Origin: Novakomyces olei
Lineage: Eukaryota
Direction: 5' to 3'
Assembly (NCBI GenBank): GCA_016906335.1
Contig: JADEYG010000012.1
Coordinates: forward strand, 806,001-870,000
DNA: 64,000 nucleotides
Below are positions 23,390 to 36,065 of the stretch, in pieces. The notes under the pieces were generated by a model. It ran no database searches. It worked only from the letters and a program-made list of their open reading frames with translations, and had not been told where the DNA came from. Numbering within the stretch: position 1 is the stretch's first letter; every line of letters begins with the position of its first letter. Both the position numbers and the translations under genes were made by a program.

Positions 23390-23956
23390 TTATTCCAAAG
23401 CGACAGCCTCGATCTCTATGTCTGTGTTCTTAGGCAGAGTTTTAGCGCTATCGTGTTAGTTTAACCTTTTGCCCAAATACTTACGCAACACAGCTGCGGG
23501 CTGGCTTTGGATCAGGGATGATCTAAAGGATTAGCAAAGATTACAGAGCGTACCGTTTACCTCTGTGTAAACTTCGTTTACGGCGGCAAAATCAGCCATG
23601 TCAGCAAGGAAAATATTGATCTTGACCAATTTCTCCATGCTGGACCCGGCGTCTTTGAGCACAGTACTCAGGTTCTCAAGGGACTTCCGAGTATGAGCCT
23701 TGATATCTCCTTCAATAATTGTTCCCGACGCATCGGCTGCAATTTGTCCAGAAATAAAGATGAAACCATTCGCCTTGATGGCCACATTGTAAGGCCCGGC
23801 AACAGTCAGCTTTGACTCAACTACCTGCTTTGACATATTTCGTACGGGAGAGATGTTGGTTCGTATAGCAAAACGCCTGCTCAATGCTGCTCTTCGTCCA
23901 AGTGGGTTTAGTAAAGGTGCCGAAAGTGTCCCGGCGAATATCGCGGCTGTTCTCAT
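23390..23956 (-). CDS. mmf1: RidA/YjgF/YER057c family enamine deaminase, probably mitochondrial (3 exons)
   Basis: Presequence followed by AGPYNVA, FISGQI, FLADMADFAAVNEVY, PKPARSCV and LPKNTDIEIEAVA. Confidence 0.9.
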
Positions 23957-24454
23957 TACAAATATATTATGGTAGACAGCCACATTAAACTGTATTAAGC
24001 GCAGAGCACGAGGTATTATTGGAATTATTGTCGTATATATTGTATGGACCTGAAATAATGTATGATGGCAATGGAGCTGTAAAGTAATCAAATCCTCGAA
24101 CGAGCGGCGCTGATATATAAAACCCTAACCCTAATACTTCTTGTACGGCAGTCGCACATTTCAACGTCCATCCCACGTTGCAAAAACTCAAGTCTTGATA
24201 CGTGCTGCTAGTCGTGGTTAAATAATGGTGGAACCAACTTTCCCTCAATATTTTGACACTTTGTAACTACATTACATTCCTCTGCTCTGGTCCTGGTTAT
24301 CGACCTTGTTTTGGTCATTCATTATTCACTATGCACTATACAACAAGCCATGTTTTCGTTGGACGAATATTCAAAGTTCCTAGTTTGAAATACACAAATA
24401 ACAGTGGACGACCAATCCTCTTTTCAAATCACTCTGTACTCCCTAGTATTCTGC

Positions 24455-26687
24455 TCAACGTGCCGTCTTGGTCATCTCAATTCCCGCATCTTCCACATGT
24501 TTACTCTTGTGCTTTACAATCTGATTGCCACGGCGGGTAATCTTTTTCAGCTTCAACTCAACATAGCCATTGTCGGGATAATTGATGGGCGACTCGCTTC
24601 CTGTAAACAGGAATATGTCATACACAAGCGCACCGGCAATCCCGCCGCCAATGCAGCCGCCCCAGACACCCCACGTCCACCACCAATGAGTCAGATGGAA
24701 AGCGTGGGCTCCGTACCCCACCATTGAGGCAAAAATACGTGGACCCAGGTCACGTGCTGGGTTAAGGGTAAAACTGGTCTGGTATCCCAGAGCCATACCA
24801 ATGGCAGCGATTGCCAGGCCGACGACAAGAGCCATAAGGCCATTGGACGGTGGGTTGTTAGCATCGTCACCCAGAGCCAGAAGGCAGAGAATGAAGACCG
24901 CACTGCCGATAAACTCGTTGAAAAAGGCATTTCGCCATGTTACATAGGGGCGAGGATTCGTAAACAGACAGGCACCAGAGGCGGCAGTGCGAATATGCGA
25001 GCCGCCTTCATACTCGTTTATACTGCTCCAAAAGTACCCATAAGACAGAGCACCGCCAAAGAAGGCTCCACAGATTTGTGCAAAAATGTATTTTGGCACT
25101 TTGCGCCATGGAAATCCTCGGAAAATAGCCATTACTAATGTCACGACGGGGCTCACGTGGCCACCGCTGCGTCCGGCGGCTACAAAGATGGAAAGCATTA
25201 CACCAAAACCCCACGCAAATGATAAACTGCAATTAGTATAAAAGAAGTGTATGAATTAGAAAGGTAAGATGGCACGTGATTATTTCCTTGTTTTAATTTT
25301 TATTTTTATTTTTATTTTTATTTTTATTTTTATTTTTATTTTTATTTTTATTTTTATTTTTATTTTTATTTTTATTTTTATTTTTATTTTTTTGGTTTTG
25401 TTTCCATGTCTGTATTTTTTTTCTCTTTTTTTTCTTTTATTTCATTTTTACATAATCTCTCAAGTCGTAGTCTTACCTTTCATACGACCCACCGGCGCCG
25501 TTACGCACCACGGTAGCCTGTAAATTACCACCCGTACCAAACACAACAAGCACCATTGTACCAATAAACTCGGCAAACGGTTCCCGAAGCCTGTACCGAA
25601 TTTTCGACCACATATTTGGGAAAGTGATGAGGTTATTGTCGTCGTCCGTTTCCGAATCCTGCGGCGACTTGTCCAGTGGCGGTGGCGATTCCACGAGCGG
25701 GTGCTCATCGTCCTCTTCGTGGTTCACAGAATTTGCTTCGCTGTCTATTGTGAACCGGACATCGTGGTGTGCGTGCTGTGGAGTGAGCTGCTGCCTTTGC
25801 CTCTTGCTGTTCTCCACAAAGGACGACGAAGGTTTGAGGTGCTTTGAAACACGTGCACTAGCTGGTTTGCCATTAACATTTTTTAATGCCTCTAAATCAT
25901 CAGGAGCTTGCGATACAGAGTTTGATGCTGAGCTAAGCAGCCGACGCCACGTGGGCACGTGTGGAAGTTGGGGCGATGATCCAGCCGAGGCAGCTGCAGT
26001 TGCAGTTGCAGCGTTTGGCAGTGAAGCAGCCGATGCGTTACGCGAGGGCCCACGCGAAGTACTACGCGACCCAGCGCGTAAATTGGTACGCGAAGCCGCC
26101 CGTCGAGACCGAACTTCATTGTTTTTTTGTGCAATTTTTTCCGCCAGTGAGCGGTTCAGAACGTGTGGGAACGACTGGTTAAGGCTCCACAGCGGTTTCC
26201 CGCGGGTACGCACTTGCCCGCTCATTGCCGGATTGAACTCCTCATAGTACGGATCTATGTAAGAGCCATTTCGGCGGTAAGCGCCGAGACGGCTTTGCAA
26301 GTAATCGTACATTTGCCTCTCGCTCACCTCCGAGTCCTGTTCCAGCCGATGAAGGTTCGGAGCGGATCTGTTTGCCTTTAACCGACGGCGGCGGGCTGCC
26401 TCCCGCACAGCCTGAATTTGGTTCAATTCTTCTTCTTCTTCTTCCTCATCTTGTTGTTGCCCAGCGCCTCGGCCATCTCGAGGGCCGAGGCGAGCTTCGT
26501 CCTGTGCAACTATACCCCCCGTACTCACTGGCCGGCCTCCTCCTCTTGCAGGCTCTGTTCGAATCGAGGGCGGAGGCATCTCTGGCCCTAATTCTGCCTC
26601 TGATGCATCACTGCTATGATCATTGCGAGCAGGCGTATCGTCCATTCGAACGCTTTTGCCAGACTGATGGCTGTTTGCTTCCTCCAT
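24455..26687 (-). CDS. Aquaglyceroporin (MIP family) with long cytosolic N-terminus (intron 25227-25476)
   Basis: Motifs REPFAEFIGT, SFAWGFG, SGGHVSPVVT, RGFPWRKV, GYQTSFTLNPARDLGPR and ESPINYP. The NPARD motif indicates the glycerol-facilitator subfamily. Confidence 0.93.
25296..25391. repeat. (ATTTTT)16 intronic microsatellite
   Basis: Perfect 6-nt periodicity inside the aquaglyceroporin intron. Confidence 0.95.
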
Positions 26688-26952
26688 CGGTCCCGAGAGG
26701 GGCCGCTCGACTGCCGTATATATCACTTTTCGGCTCTATAGTGTTACTTTTATTCACAGCCCGCATTAAACCCACGCATGCCCGTTAGGGCAGGTCGCTT
26801 TCCTTTTTGGGATTCGGGCCGAGGGTGCCGTCATTATCGGTGGGCGTCTACTAATATGGCATCGTGGTTTGACATTTAACGGGTATTGGCACACGAAAAG
26901 ATTGAAAAATGGAAATAAAATAGCAAAGAAAAATAGTAATAGAATCATAATA

Positions 26953-27080
26953 AAATTGGAAAGGAAATTGGAAAGGAAATTGGAAAGGAAATTGGAAAGG
27001 AAATTGGAAAGGAAATTGGAAAGGAAATTGGAAAGGAAATTGGAAAGGAAATTGAAAAGAAAAATGGAAAGGAAATTGGG
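26953..27080. repeat. 12-nt minisatellite (AAATTGGAAAGG)x8 plus degenerate copies
   Basis: Eight perfect copies at 26953-27048, then 2-3 decayed units. Lies between the HDAC stop and the aquaglyceroporin start. Confidence 0.95.
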
Positions 27081-27197
27081 AATAATGGAAAGAAAAAAAG
27101 GGAAAAAGAAGCAGCCTTTTCTATATGTACATATGTATATTTGCAGTCATCTCATTATTACCATGCCCATTTGGCAGTGTAGTCAGCCTATATACAA

Positions 27198-29323
27198 TCA
27201 ATAGCCTTCGATACTCAGCCTCCGCCGGCGCCGTTCTTTAGCTGCTTTAGAAGCGGCCGCGTTTGCAAAAAAAGCAGCTGCCCCACCGCCTTTAGTCATC
27301 CTCCATTGGGCCGGCAAGTTCAACGTTGTGGGCCCAAACGTTGAAACTTCCATCGCCAGCCGCGCCATACACTGCCAGTGCTGCCGCTGCACCATAATAA
27401 CATTGGTCAAAGACTGCTGGGCAGATATATTGGGCCGGACGGATGCTAAACTGCCTAATAGATCAGTGTGAGGAACGTCTCCCGAGGAAGAGGCAACTAG
27501 CTCTTGCAGGCAGGCAGCAGCTGCGTTAGCCAGCGGAGACAGTTCATAGCCTCCTTCCAACACCATTATAACCCGACCGCCTTTTAGACCAGCGACTAAT
27601 TGCGTCATCAAGCTCAGTCCGTGTGGTGTTACCCTGTACCCGCCCAACCCATCCATGTGTCCTTCCACGAGATCGAAGCCGGCGGAAATGAAAACGAGAT
27701 CTGGGGCAAATTCTCTGGCAATAGGAAGGACAATATGATGCACAGCCGCCAAATACTCTGTATCGCCCATCCGATCAGAACGATCTTTGGCCTTGGACCA
27801 GCCGATATTCACGTTACGGCCCAGTCCACGGCCCTCGCCGCACCTGTCCAGGTCCCCAGTGAAAGGGTAAAAGTCGCCATCGTCATAGCGATGCAGGGAG
27901 ATGTAGAGCACATCATCCTTATCGTAAAAGCAAGCCTCTGTCCCATTGCCGTGGTGAACGTCCCAGTCAACGATCAGGATTCTACGTACTTTTTCCGGAT
28001 AATGCTGCAGCGCCCACCGGCTGGCCGTTGCTACGTTGTTGTATATACAAAAGCCCATCGCCTGGTCTGGCTCTGCATGGTGGCCGGGCGGACGAATAGC
28101 AGCGAACCCGTTCTTCAGTCTGTCCGTGACCACACTGTTCACAAGGTTGAGCAAACTGCCCACCGATTGACGGCATTCTGTTGGACTCCGGTCCGGATCG
28201 AATACTGTATCCACTGCTGTTCCCATATTTCCGCACCGTAGCTTACTTGTAAGCGTGGGAGGCCATTGCTGGTGTGGGTCCTCGCCTTCCTCAACAACGG
28301 CTGATTCTTCATTTGCCACTGTTACGGCATTCTGCAGCGGCACAAGTGCCCCATCCGCAGTGACTACAGAACCCCTTCGGGGCACAGGGTCCTCTGGTGC
28401 TACTTCGCCACTCGTAACTGACGTAGAATGTGCATTTGCCAGCGGCGGTTTTGCTTTTAGAGTGGCATCAGGGTTAGGGTCGGCCTCTTTATTGCTATCC
28501 GAAGAATCCTTTGTCGCGGCGACCGGCTTAGCATAATAATTTCGCATATGGACCTCACCGTGTACTCCTGCAATTTCCTCACGCAGAGCCAAACGACGAG
28601 GCGTGTTTAACACATAACGGAGTAACCCCCTACGGTGCCACTCTGTAACGATATACCGTAACCGATCAGCCCGCTCTGGGTGAAGACCGACACCGGCTTT
28701 AACTGGCTCGACTTTACGTACTGCAGAACAAGGGCATCCGTGGCCCAGTCCAGACCATACAACACCTGTTCTCTCCTGGCTAGCACTTTTCGTCTTTCGC
28801 GCACGATGAAAGTCAGCGTAATCCTCCCACCCTGCTTCAATTTCAGGTCCACGTACGCCGTAGCGCAAAAACGAATTTGATGAGGAATTTTCAGTGCTTG
28901 GGTTCGTCTTTTTGTCTTGACTTGAGTTTTCAATGAGCTCATTTTTAGTGTCTGCCTCCAATTTCGTTGCCTTTGTGTCTGCTTGTTCCTTGTTCTCTTC
29001 TTTTACCCTTTTTGGCTCCTCGTCGTCTTCCTCCTCCTCTTCTGTATTATCAGACTCCAGTCGGCGTACCATGTTTGGTGGGATCCAGTCATCTTCTATC
29101 GCAGAAAACCCTTCGAAATGAACAAAGACTACTGCAGTATCCTGGGATTCTGCACTCAATGGTGTAATGTTATCACTCCGACCAAAGTAGAATTTGGGGA
29201 AGATTCCCAACTGGACAACACGTGCCGCATACCAGGTTCCGTCAGTATGTGGCTTGATTGCTTCGATTTTGGCGCCAGGACGAAGATCTGCCATGATGTG
29301 AGCAATCGCCTAAACCAAGCATC

Positions 29324-29354
<31 letters not shown>

Positions 29355-30707
29355 TGGCGATCAAATCAAATAAGGAAAACAAATTTGATAAATAAAATTT
29401 AGCTAAATTAAAAAAATAATTAATTGTACCTGGATGAGTAGAGAGTATAACGCCATCGTAGCCTGATTCTTCTGGTTCTGTTTTCGCATCATCAGTCACG
29501 TCCAAAGATTTCACTAAGGGTGAGGAGTTGCCTGAGAAATTCACAGAAGATACAGGCAGGTTTACGGACGCTGCGCTGGACAATTGCGGGCTGTTTTCCA
29601 AATCATCCAAGACCTTACGGCGTTTAGACGCAGAAGACGCGTTAGACACGCTTGATAAGTCATCAGGATAGTTTTGCTGGTAAACAAGAGGAGAAGGTGC
29701 TCTATTTCCTTGTGCGGCCGTCCGTGCACAAGCCCTATAGATGTTTTGAAAGTGGTGGGGCCCATAGTTGAACCCAGATGGCACGAGGACTACATTTCCT
29801 CCTGCATCAGTTCTCTGCGAGAATCCCGTGTTTTTTGGGTAATTGTATCGAGCTTGCTCATCTAGACAGTAGACGTTAGTAAGAATTTGCAAATGTCCTT
29901 GGCCCGTAATTCACCGTTCGCTCCAACGCGGCATTGAAATAAGAATATCGATAAAACTGATAAACAAAGAAAAATAAAAGAAAATAGTGACATTTAGGTT
30001 CATGCAAATCATAATTCATGTTTTAATTTGATATTCCACTGAAACATTTAAGTAATGTAATATGCAATTAGGAGTAAATAAAAATAAAACTTCCGCTAAT
30101 CTTATTAGGTCCCAGAAGATACGTATAGAGGTAAAATTAAAAAAACACCCGACAAAAGCATTGAGGAAATTAATGAGATCTTAATATAGGGGATAGATAA
30201 TGGTTATATGAAGGGTCAAATTAGCATGCACGCCAAATAATAGAGGCTTTTTCAATTATCATAGTTCAGAGTTGACAGTAAGAGTTTTGCAAAATAGAAA
30301 TCAATAAGCATCTGTTCTTTCAAATCAGACAGTCTCATACTCAAGTCTTGGAAAAGGGCTAAACATCAAACATAGAAGACAAGCAGTAAACAAGGGACTC
30401 GCGGATTTTGTGACCGGCGAGAGTTAGAAACACAAGTGCCGCACCATTTACTATACATGAATAGTAGATTAAATGTTGACAAAATGATATAGGTAATATG
30501 TCCTCACAATAGGTGGCAATTACGCAATGATCAGTCTGCGCAAATAATACAGATTTAGAAAAGCATAAAAAATGACCGCCAATACGTTGTGCGCCAAGTG
30601 CAAACTGCAGGCGGCGGAGCGTCTGGAGATATAGTCATACCGTACGGGTGTGATGTCGGTCGGCGACTTTGATCGTCGTCGGCATTGAGGAGTAGCCGAA
30701 TATCCAT
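27198..30707 (-). CDS. Class II histone deacetylase with class IIa (HDAC4-like) features and an N-terminal Tudor-knot/chromo-barrel
   Basis: HDAC motifs HPE, RPPGHHA, GFC, DWDVHHGNGT, SLHRYDDGDFYP, SAGFD and LEGGY in ORF 27198-29294. Inferred upstream exons in phase: 30707-30641 (MDIRLLLN...), optional 29956-29915, and 29861-29430, spliced to 29287. The core is certain; the 5' exon model is inferred. Confidence 0.9.
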
Positions 30708-31743
30708 GGCACGACCGTGAATTATCCGTCAATTGCGTTTGCGGCCGGCGTAAAGAATAATCGGTGATTAATGAGGAATCTAGGGATTGATAGTAATATT
30801 TTGATTTATTATAATTGTGCGTGCATACTGTTTGGGAGCGTAATATATTGTCCATTAGGGAATGGAGCCCATTTATTTAAGCAGTAATATAATACGATAA
30901 TTGTTATATCAGGGATCCACAATACCAATCATTGTTCTGCTGAATCGGATCTGGGCTTCTGGCAAACAAGCAATAATCGAGTATATAACCGTTGTTTAGT
31001 TATTATTATCCCTTATTTTCTTTGATTTACCCCTGATTAACTAATAATTCTCATTGCCTTGGACAAACTATTCTTCACGGCCATAACAGATCGATTAGTA
31101 TATGCACAAAATGGTCTGCGGGAGGATCGGAAGGCAAAGACGCCAAACGTAGAGCTCAACACGAATAGATGCGAAAAGACTCTGTTAGAAAGCTGCATGC
31201 AAACCTCTCCATAGGACAAACCTACTTTACAGATAATATGTGCGGCAATGCCACCGCAGGCAATGGCAATAAAATAAGAGAATTTGGTCTAGAAGAAAAT
31301 ATTGAAGAATCAAATCAATTAATTTCGAAAGAATTGCATTCTCGCGTAGATCGAAAAACGGCGTATAGATGGTGTTTTTAGCCAAAAGTAACGTTTCTTC
31401 GCAACGTTGCGAAGAACATTGCGTGGGCTCATACCATATAGCATTGTACAAATTGAATTTTGAAGGGCAGACATTTCTCCACCCATATTGATTGGATTCG
31501 TTTAAATTAAACTTGTAAATCGTACGCTGTGTCCAACTTGCTTTAAAACCGCATTTACTAAAATATATCACTACCGAATGTCCTTGTTTACAATAAAAAC
31601 CACGCCATTTCCACAGCCAACATGTTATTGGCCCATCGACAATTAATTTAATAAAAACATTCGCGTACTCTATACATTATATTGGCTGATATCGCTGATA
31701 TACAGTATAGGGCCGTCTCGTAATCAGCAGCAGCATAAAAAAG

Positions 31744-33272
31744 ATGGCAAAGCGAAAGGCTGTCGACCCTTCATCCAAGTCTTCATCTACATCTGATGCC
31801 TTGTCGAACTCAGAGAAAGCAAAACCGGACTATAAAAGTCTGAACAAAAGAGTAAACTTCAATGCCTCAAGTGCCACAACTAACTACTGCAGACCACTCA
31901 CTTAGAGTTTGGTGGTCCGTTTGGTACTGCGGCCATTTGCGTCTTTGTTCCTCTTACTATTATTTTTCTCAATGCAAGCTGCGATGGCAATGCGTGCCCT
32001 CATATCACCATTGATCATTATCGATACATATTGCTTAAAGCCTTTGATTTGCAACGTTTGGTTTCAGCAGCCGAGGCCTATGCGGCGTGGCTGGCTCTCT
32101 TAGTATTATGCTGGCGCGTGATCCCTGGAGAATGGGTGTATGGTGTGCCAATGCGGGACGGGCGTCGGCTTGCATATAAAATGAATGGTCTCCGTACTTT
32201 TGCTGTAGTGCTGGCGCTGTATGCAATTGCGGTCTACCATGATGGCCGGCGTATAGTGGAATTTGTGGATGATTTATTTATTAATCTTGCTTTGGTTGCT
32301 ATATTTTCGGCTTTCATATTGGCCATTGGAGTATACACTCTCTCGTTTAAGGACGAAGGGCGTGAGCTTCTCACAGACGGTGGTAATACTGGGTACCCTG
32401 TGTATGATGTAAGAACCGTTGTTTAATCCTTCTTTGCTTTATCTCTGTAATTGCCTACTCGCAAATACCATTTGCTTTCATTTTTTAATTTTGTTGTGAC
32501 ATATTAAACTCCATCGTACTAATCGCAGTTCTACTTTGGCCGACTGTTGAACCCCCGAATTGGCAACTTCGACATTAAAGAGTTTTGCGAGCTTAGACCT
32601 GGACTATTTCTTTGGGTTCTACTAGACCTTACGTTCGCCCTTAAGCAGTATTATCGCTATGGATACGTAACGAAGAGCATGATGCTCATTGCAGGATCTC
32701 AGACATTATACATCGTTGATTCAGTTTGGATGGAATCGTCAGTTTTGACGACAATGGACATTATATCAGATGGTATTGGTTTCATGTTAGCTGTGGGCGA
32801 TCTTGCTTGGGTTCCCTTTGTTTATACGTTGCAAGCACGTTATGCTTCCGACCATCCTGATGCTGATTTTGGAACGCTAGTTTCGCTTGCATTGCTGGTT
32901 TTGCAACTAGCCGGCTTCTGGATCTTCAGATCATCAAACAGTCAAAAGAACTTGTTTCGTTCAGAACCTAGCAATCCTGCAGTACGGCATCTGGAGTACA
33001 TAGAAACACGGACTGGGTCACGTCTCATTTGCTCTGGATGGTGGGGTACCGCGCGCCATATCAACTATTTGGGTGATTGGATGATGGCTTGGTCTTATTG
33101 CTTGCCCTGCGGATTCGGCTCACCTATTCCATACTTTTATGTTGCGTACTTTACTGTGCTGCTTTTGCACCGCGAGCTGCGAGATGAGCACAAATGCTCT
33201 ACAAAGTATGGCGACGCCTGGGTCCAATACAAACAAAAAGTCCCGTATCGCATTATTCCCTATGTGTACTAG
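31744..33272 (+). CDS. erg24: C-14 sterol reductase (3 exons)
   Basis: Motifs EFGGPFG, YKMNG, GNTGYPVYD|FYFGRLLNPRIG, ELRPGL, LTTMDIISDGIGFML, GWWGTARHINYLGD and VPYRIIPYVY. Confidence 0.93.
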
Positions 33273-34156
33273 AATGTACATTTGAGACAAGATCTCACCA
33301 AAATCTGTCTTGTATAGCATGAAAATGCTCAAAATTGCATAGTTTATTGTAATGTAATACTATACTTAATTCCTATGGGCCATGGTACAGTGTCACCGTA
33401 CTGCTAGCAGCTCTCGTTTAGCGTGTCGTAAGAATTGAGTCCATGCCGATCCATTGATAATGGTATAATATTATTGACTTCAGGGTATCGTCCGTATTGG
33501 TGAACTAATATTTCGTGCATATGACCCACAGTCTTCTGTAACTCCATTCGATGAGACCTGAGGAGAGATATTCGGTGCAGATTGCCAACAGAAATGTTGT
33601 CGACTAATGCATGAACCAGCTTCAATATTAAATCTAACAGTAACATAAAACCTAAAATTTATTCACCTATATTATTATGGTCTCATTTTGCAGACGGGTG
33701 CCCTTGATAATAATCAATTTCATCGTTGAAAATTGTAAGAGGCAAATAAATCATTAGCGCACACTTATCGCGCACATCATTATGATCCTTAAGACCACAC
33801 TAAATAGCAGGCGGGGAAAATAGCTATTTAGCTCAAAACCAAGCAGACACACAAGTCTGACCACTCAAAGTCGTCGCTTGCTCAATCTATTGTTGGCCAT
33901 CTATCCGTAAAATTGCTTAGTGCCTGCTCTTTGCCCAAGTAGGGGCCATATACATTTTGCAACTATATTAAACGCATTGCCGACATATATTATTACGTAA
34001 GCCTTGATATTATCGCGATGGGCGTCTAAATCATTGTCCATTTTTATCGCTTGCTATATCTCGTTTCTAATGGCGCAATATAAGTGAGGTTTGCGCCCAG
34101 ATAATTTATGGAATTGCCGAAGAGCATTTAGAGAAATTAGTTAGTTTGCAAGTACA

Positions 34157-36065
34157 ATGGTGCCGCCTTTAGACGAAAGTGATGGACTTACGCCTTATAA
34201 TGTAGGGTGCCGACTTTCAGCGGGACGAGGTTCAGGTTCAGGTGGAATCGATCAGCATGAAGCAAATGAATTAAGGGACTTGAACGATAAGCAGGAAAAA
34301 TATGGCAGTATCCAGGAGAGCCCTATTGAGGCCTCTAATGAAGTAAAAGAGCCCGGAAAAGTTTTTACCAGGCTGGAAACTGAAAAAAATAATACAGATG
34401 AAAGGCAAAGCATTGATCTGGAGAATTTGGATGAAGCGTCAGAAGAATTAGAACGCATTCAATCGTTGTCAGCGGGACTCAAGTTTGACAGCGGTCGGGC
34501 ATGGCTTAACGCTCTAGGGACAGGTAGGCAGTCTGCAAATTGGTCGCAAAATTTTGCGTATTGAGTTGTGTATTTATTTATTTATTTTTGTTCAGACAAC
34601 ATGCGTATTAGAATTATTTCTCGTTCTGAACCTTTTCATATCGTTGTATGGTATTATTTGCGGAGCATAATACCCTTACTGACTGTATCAGGCTTATCAG
34701 CTTCGACGACGTTTGGTTTTGTTAATTCATGGGGTGTGTTTCAAGACTATTACCTCCACCATCAATTATCAGACTCGACCGAATCTTCCGTCTCATGGAT
34801 CGGCTCCATTCAGCTATTTCTCATTTACGCAGTCGGCATGTTTTCCGGTCGTATGTTTGATGCAGGCTATTTTAGGTCGTTGTACACTACGGGGGCTATA
34901 ATGTGTGTATTTGGGATCTTTATGACCTCACTATGTACGTCTTATTACCAGGTGCTGCTGGCTCAGGGTATCTGCTTTGGTATTGGCTGCGGTCTTATCT
35001 TTACGCCGTGTGTTTCACTCATTGGTAACTGGTTTCGAGAACGACGAGCCTTCGGTATGGGTCTCACTGCTGCTGGTGCTTCGATAGGTGGTATTATATA
35101 TCCGGTAATGATGCATCGACTACTGGCACAGTACAGTTTTGGTTGGACTGTGCGTATTGTCGGGTTTCTAGATCTCGGGCTGTTTATCGTGGCCAGTCTT
35201 TTGATGAAACAGCGACTTGCACCGGCCATAAATCCGCCGTGGTTTGACCCTTCGATTTTTCGTGACCCTCCATATCTAGTCTTTGTCTTGGGGAGTTTCA
35301 TCACTCTTCTGGGGCTTTATTCACCTTTTTTCTTTGTACAACAGTACTCTCGACAACACGGTGTTACCGGGCCCATTACGTTTTATATGCTTTCGATTCT
35401 GAATGCCGCAGGATTTTTTGGCCGCACTATCCCGAGTCTGCTCTCGGACAAGTAAGTATTTGTTCTTTGCGCTTGGTTAAAAAGTCCAATATTGTAATCT
35501 CTGTCGTTTCGTCCAATCAGTGCCCCTATATTGCTCGTTTGAACCCCTCAGTCTCTAGGCTACAGCATTGCTTTATGCTATTTTCGTTATCTATTACAAT
35601 TTCATGATACTTTACATGTGTTTATTTAAATTGAAAAATATGATTTGTTTCTTACTCGACAGAACCGGAGCCATCAACATGCTGTGCCCTTGCACCTTGC
35701 TGGCGGGTGTCATAATGTTCTGCTGGATGGCAGCGGATGGAGTTGCAGCTATTACCGTATTTTCCATATTCTACGGTTTTTTCGCCGGTGCTTTTGTATC
35801 GGTGGTCGCTCCAAGTCTCGCTCACTTTGCTCATCACCGATCGCAGATTGGTCGCCGGGTCGGGATCGCGTTTATGATGAGTGGATTCTCTTGCTTGTTT
35901 GGACTTCCAATTGCTGGCGCTATACTGGGCACGAGATCTGAAGGACACCCACAACGATGGTCGGCCATGATCAGTTATTCTGCCGCGGCCATGGTTCTTG
36001 GTAGTATTATTATTGCTGTTGCAAGAATGATGCACTCTCAGGGGAAAGTGATTTTGAAATGTTAA
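34157..36065 (+). CDS. MFS monocarboxylate-porter (MCT/Mch) family transporter (3 exons)
   Basis: Motifs GRAWL, TFGFVNSWGVFQDYY, SWIGSIQ, GRMFDAGY, LAQGICFGIGCG, WFRERR and LNAAGFFGR, with multiple TM segments. Confidence 0.92.

Noticed and set aside
24121-24134. (AACCCT)n as a telomere or telomerase RNA template
   Set aside because: Only about two units, internal, in a promoter position, with no supporting RNA structure seen.
25269-25523. ORF encoding poly-(IF)
   Set aside because: Translation of the (ATTTTT)n microsatellite, antisense within the aquaglyceroporin intron.
26869-27204. ORF with (LERK)n coiled-coil-like repeats
   Set aside because: Product of the stop-free 12-nt minisatellite. 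It has a non-ATG start and no other coding signal.
27198-29294. Calling the HDAC clr3/hda1
   Set aside because: It lacks the C-terminal Arb2 domain and has class IIa zinc-site residues plus a Tudor-like N-terminal domain, so I left the symbol blank.
29242-29892. 216-aa ORF as a separate gene
   Set aside because: Better explained as an internal HDAC exon plus intron read-through (poly-T). The splice phases join it to the HDAC ORF.
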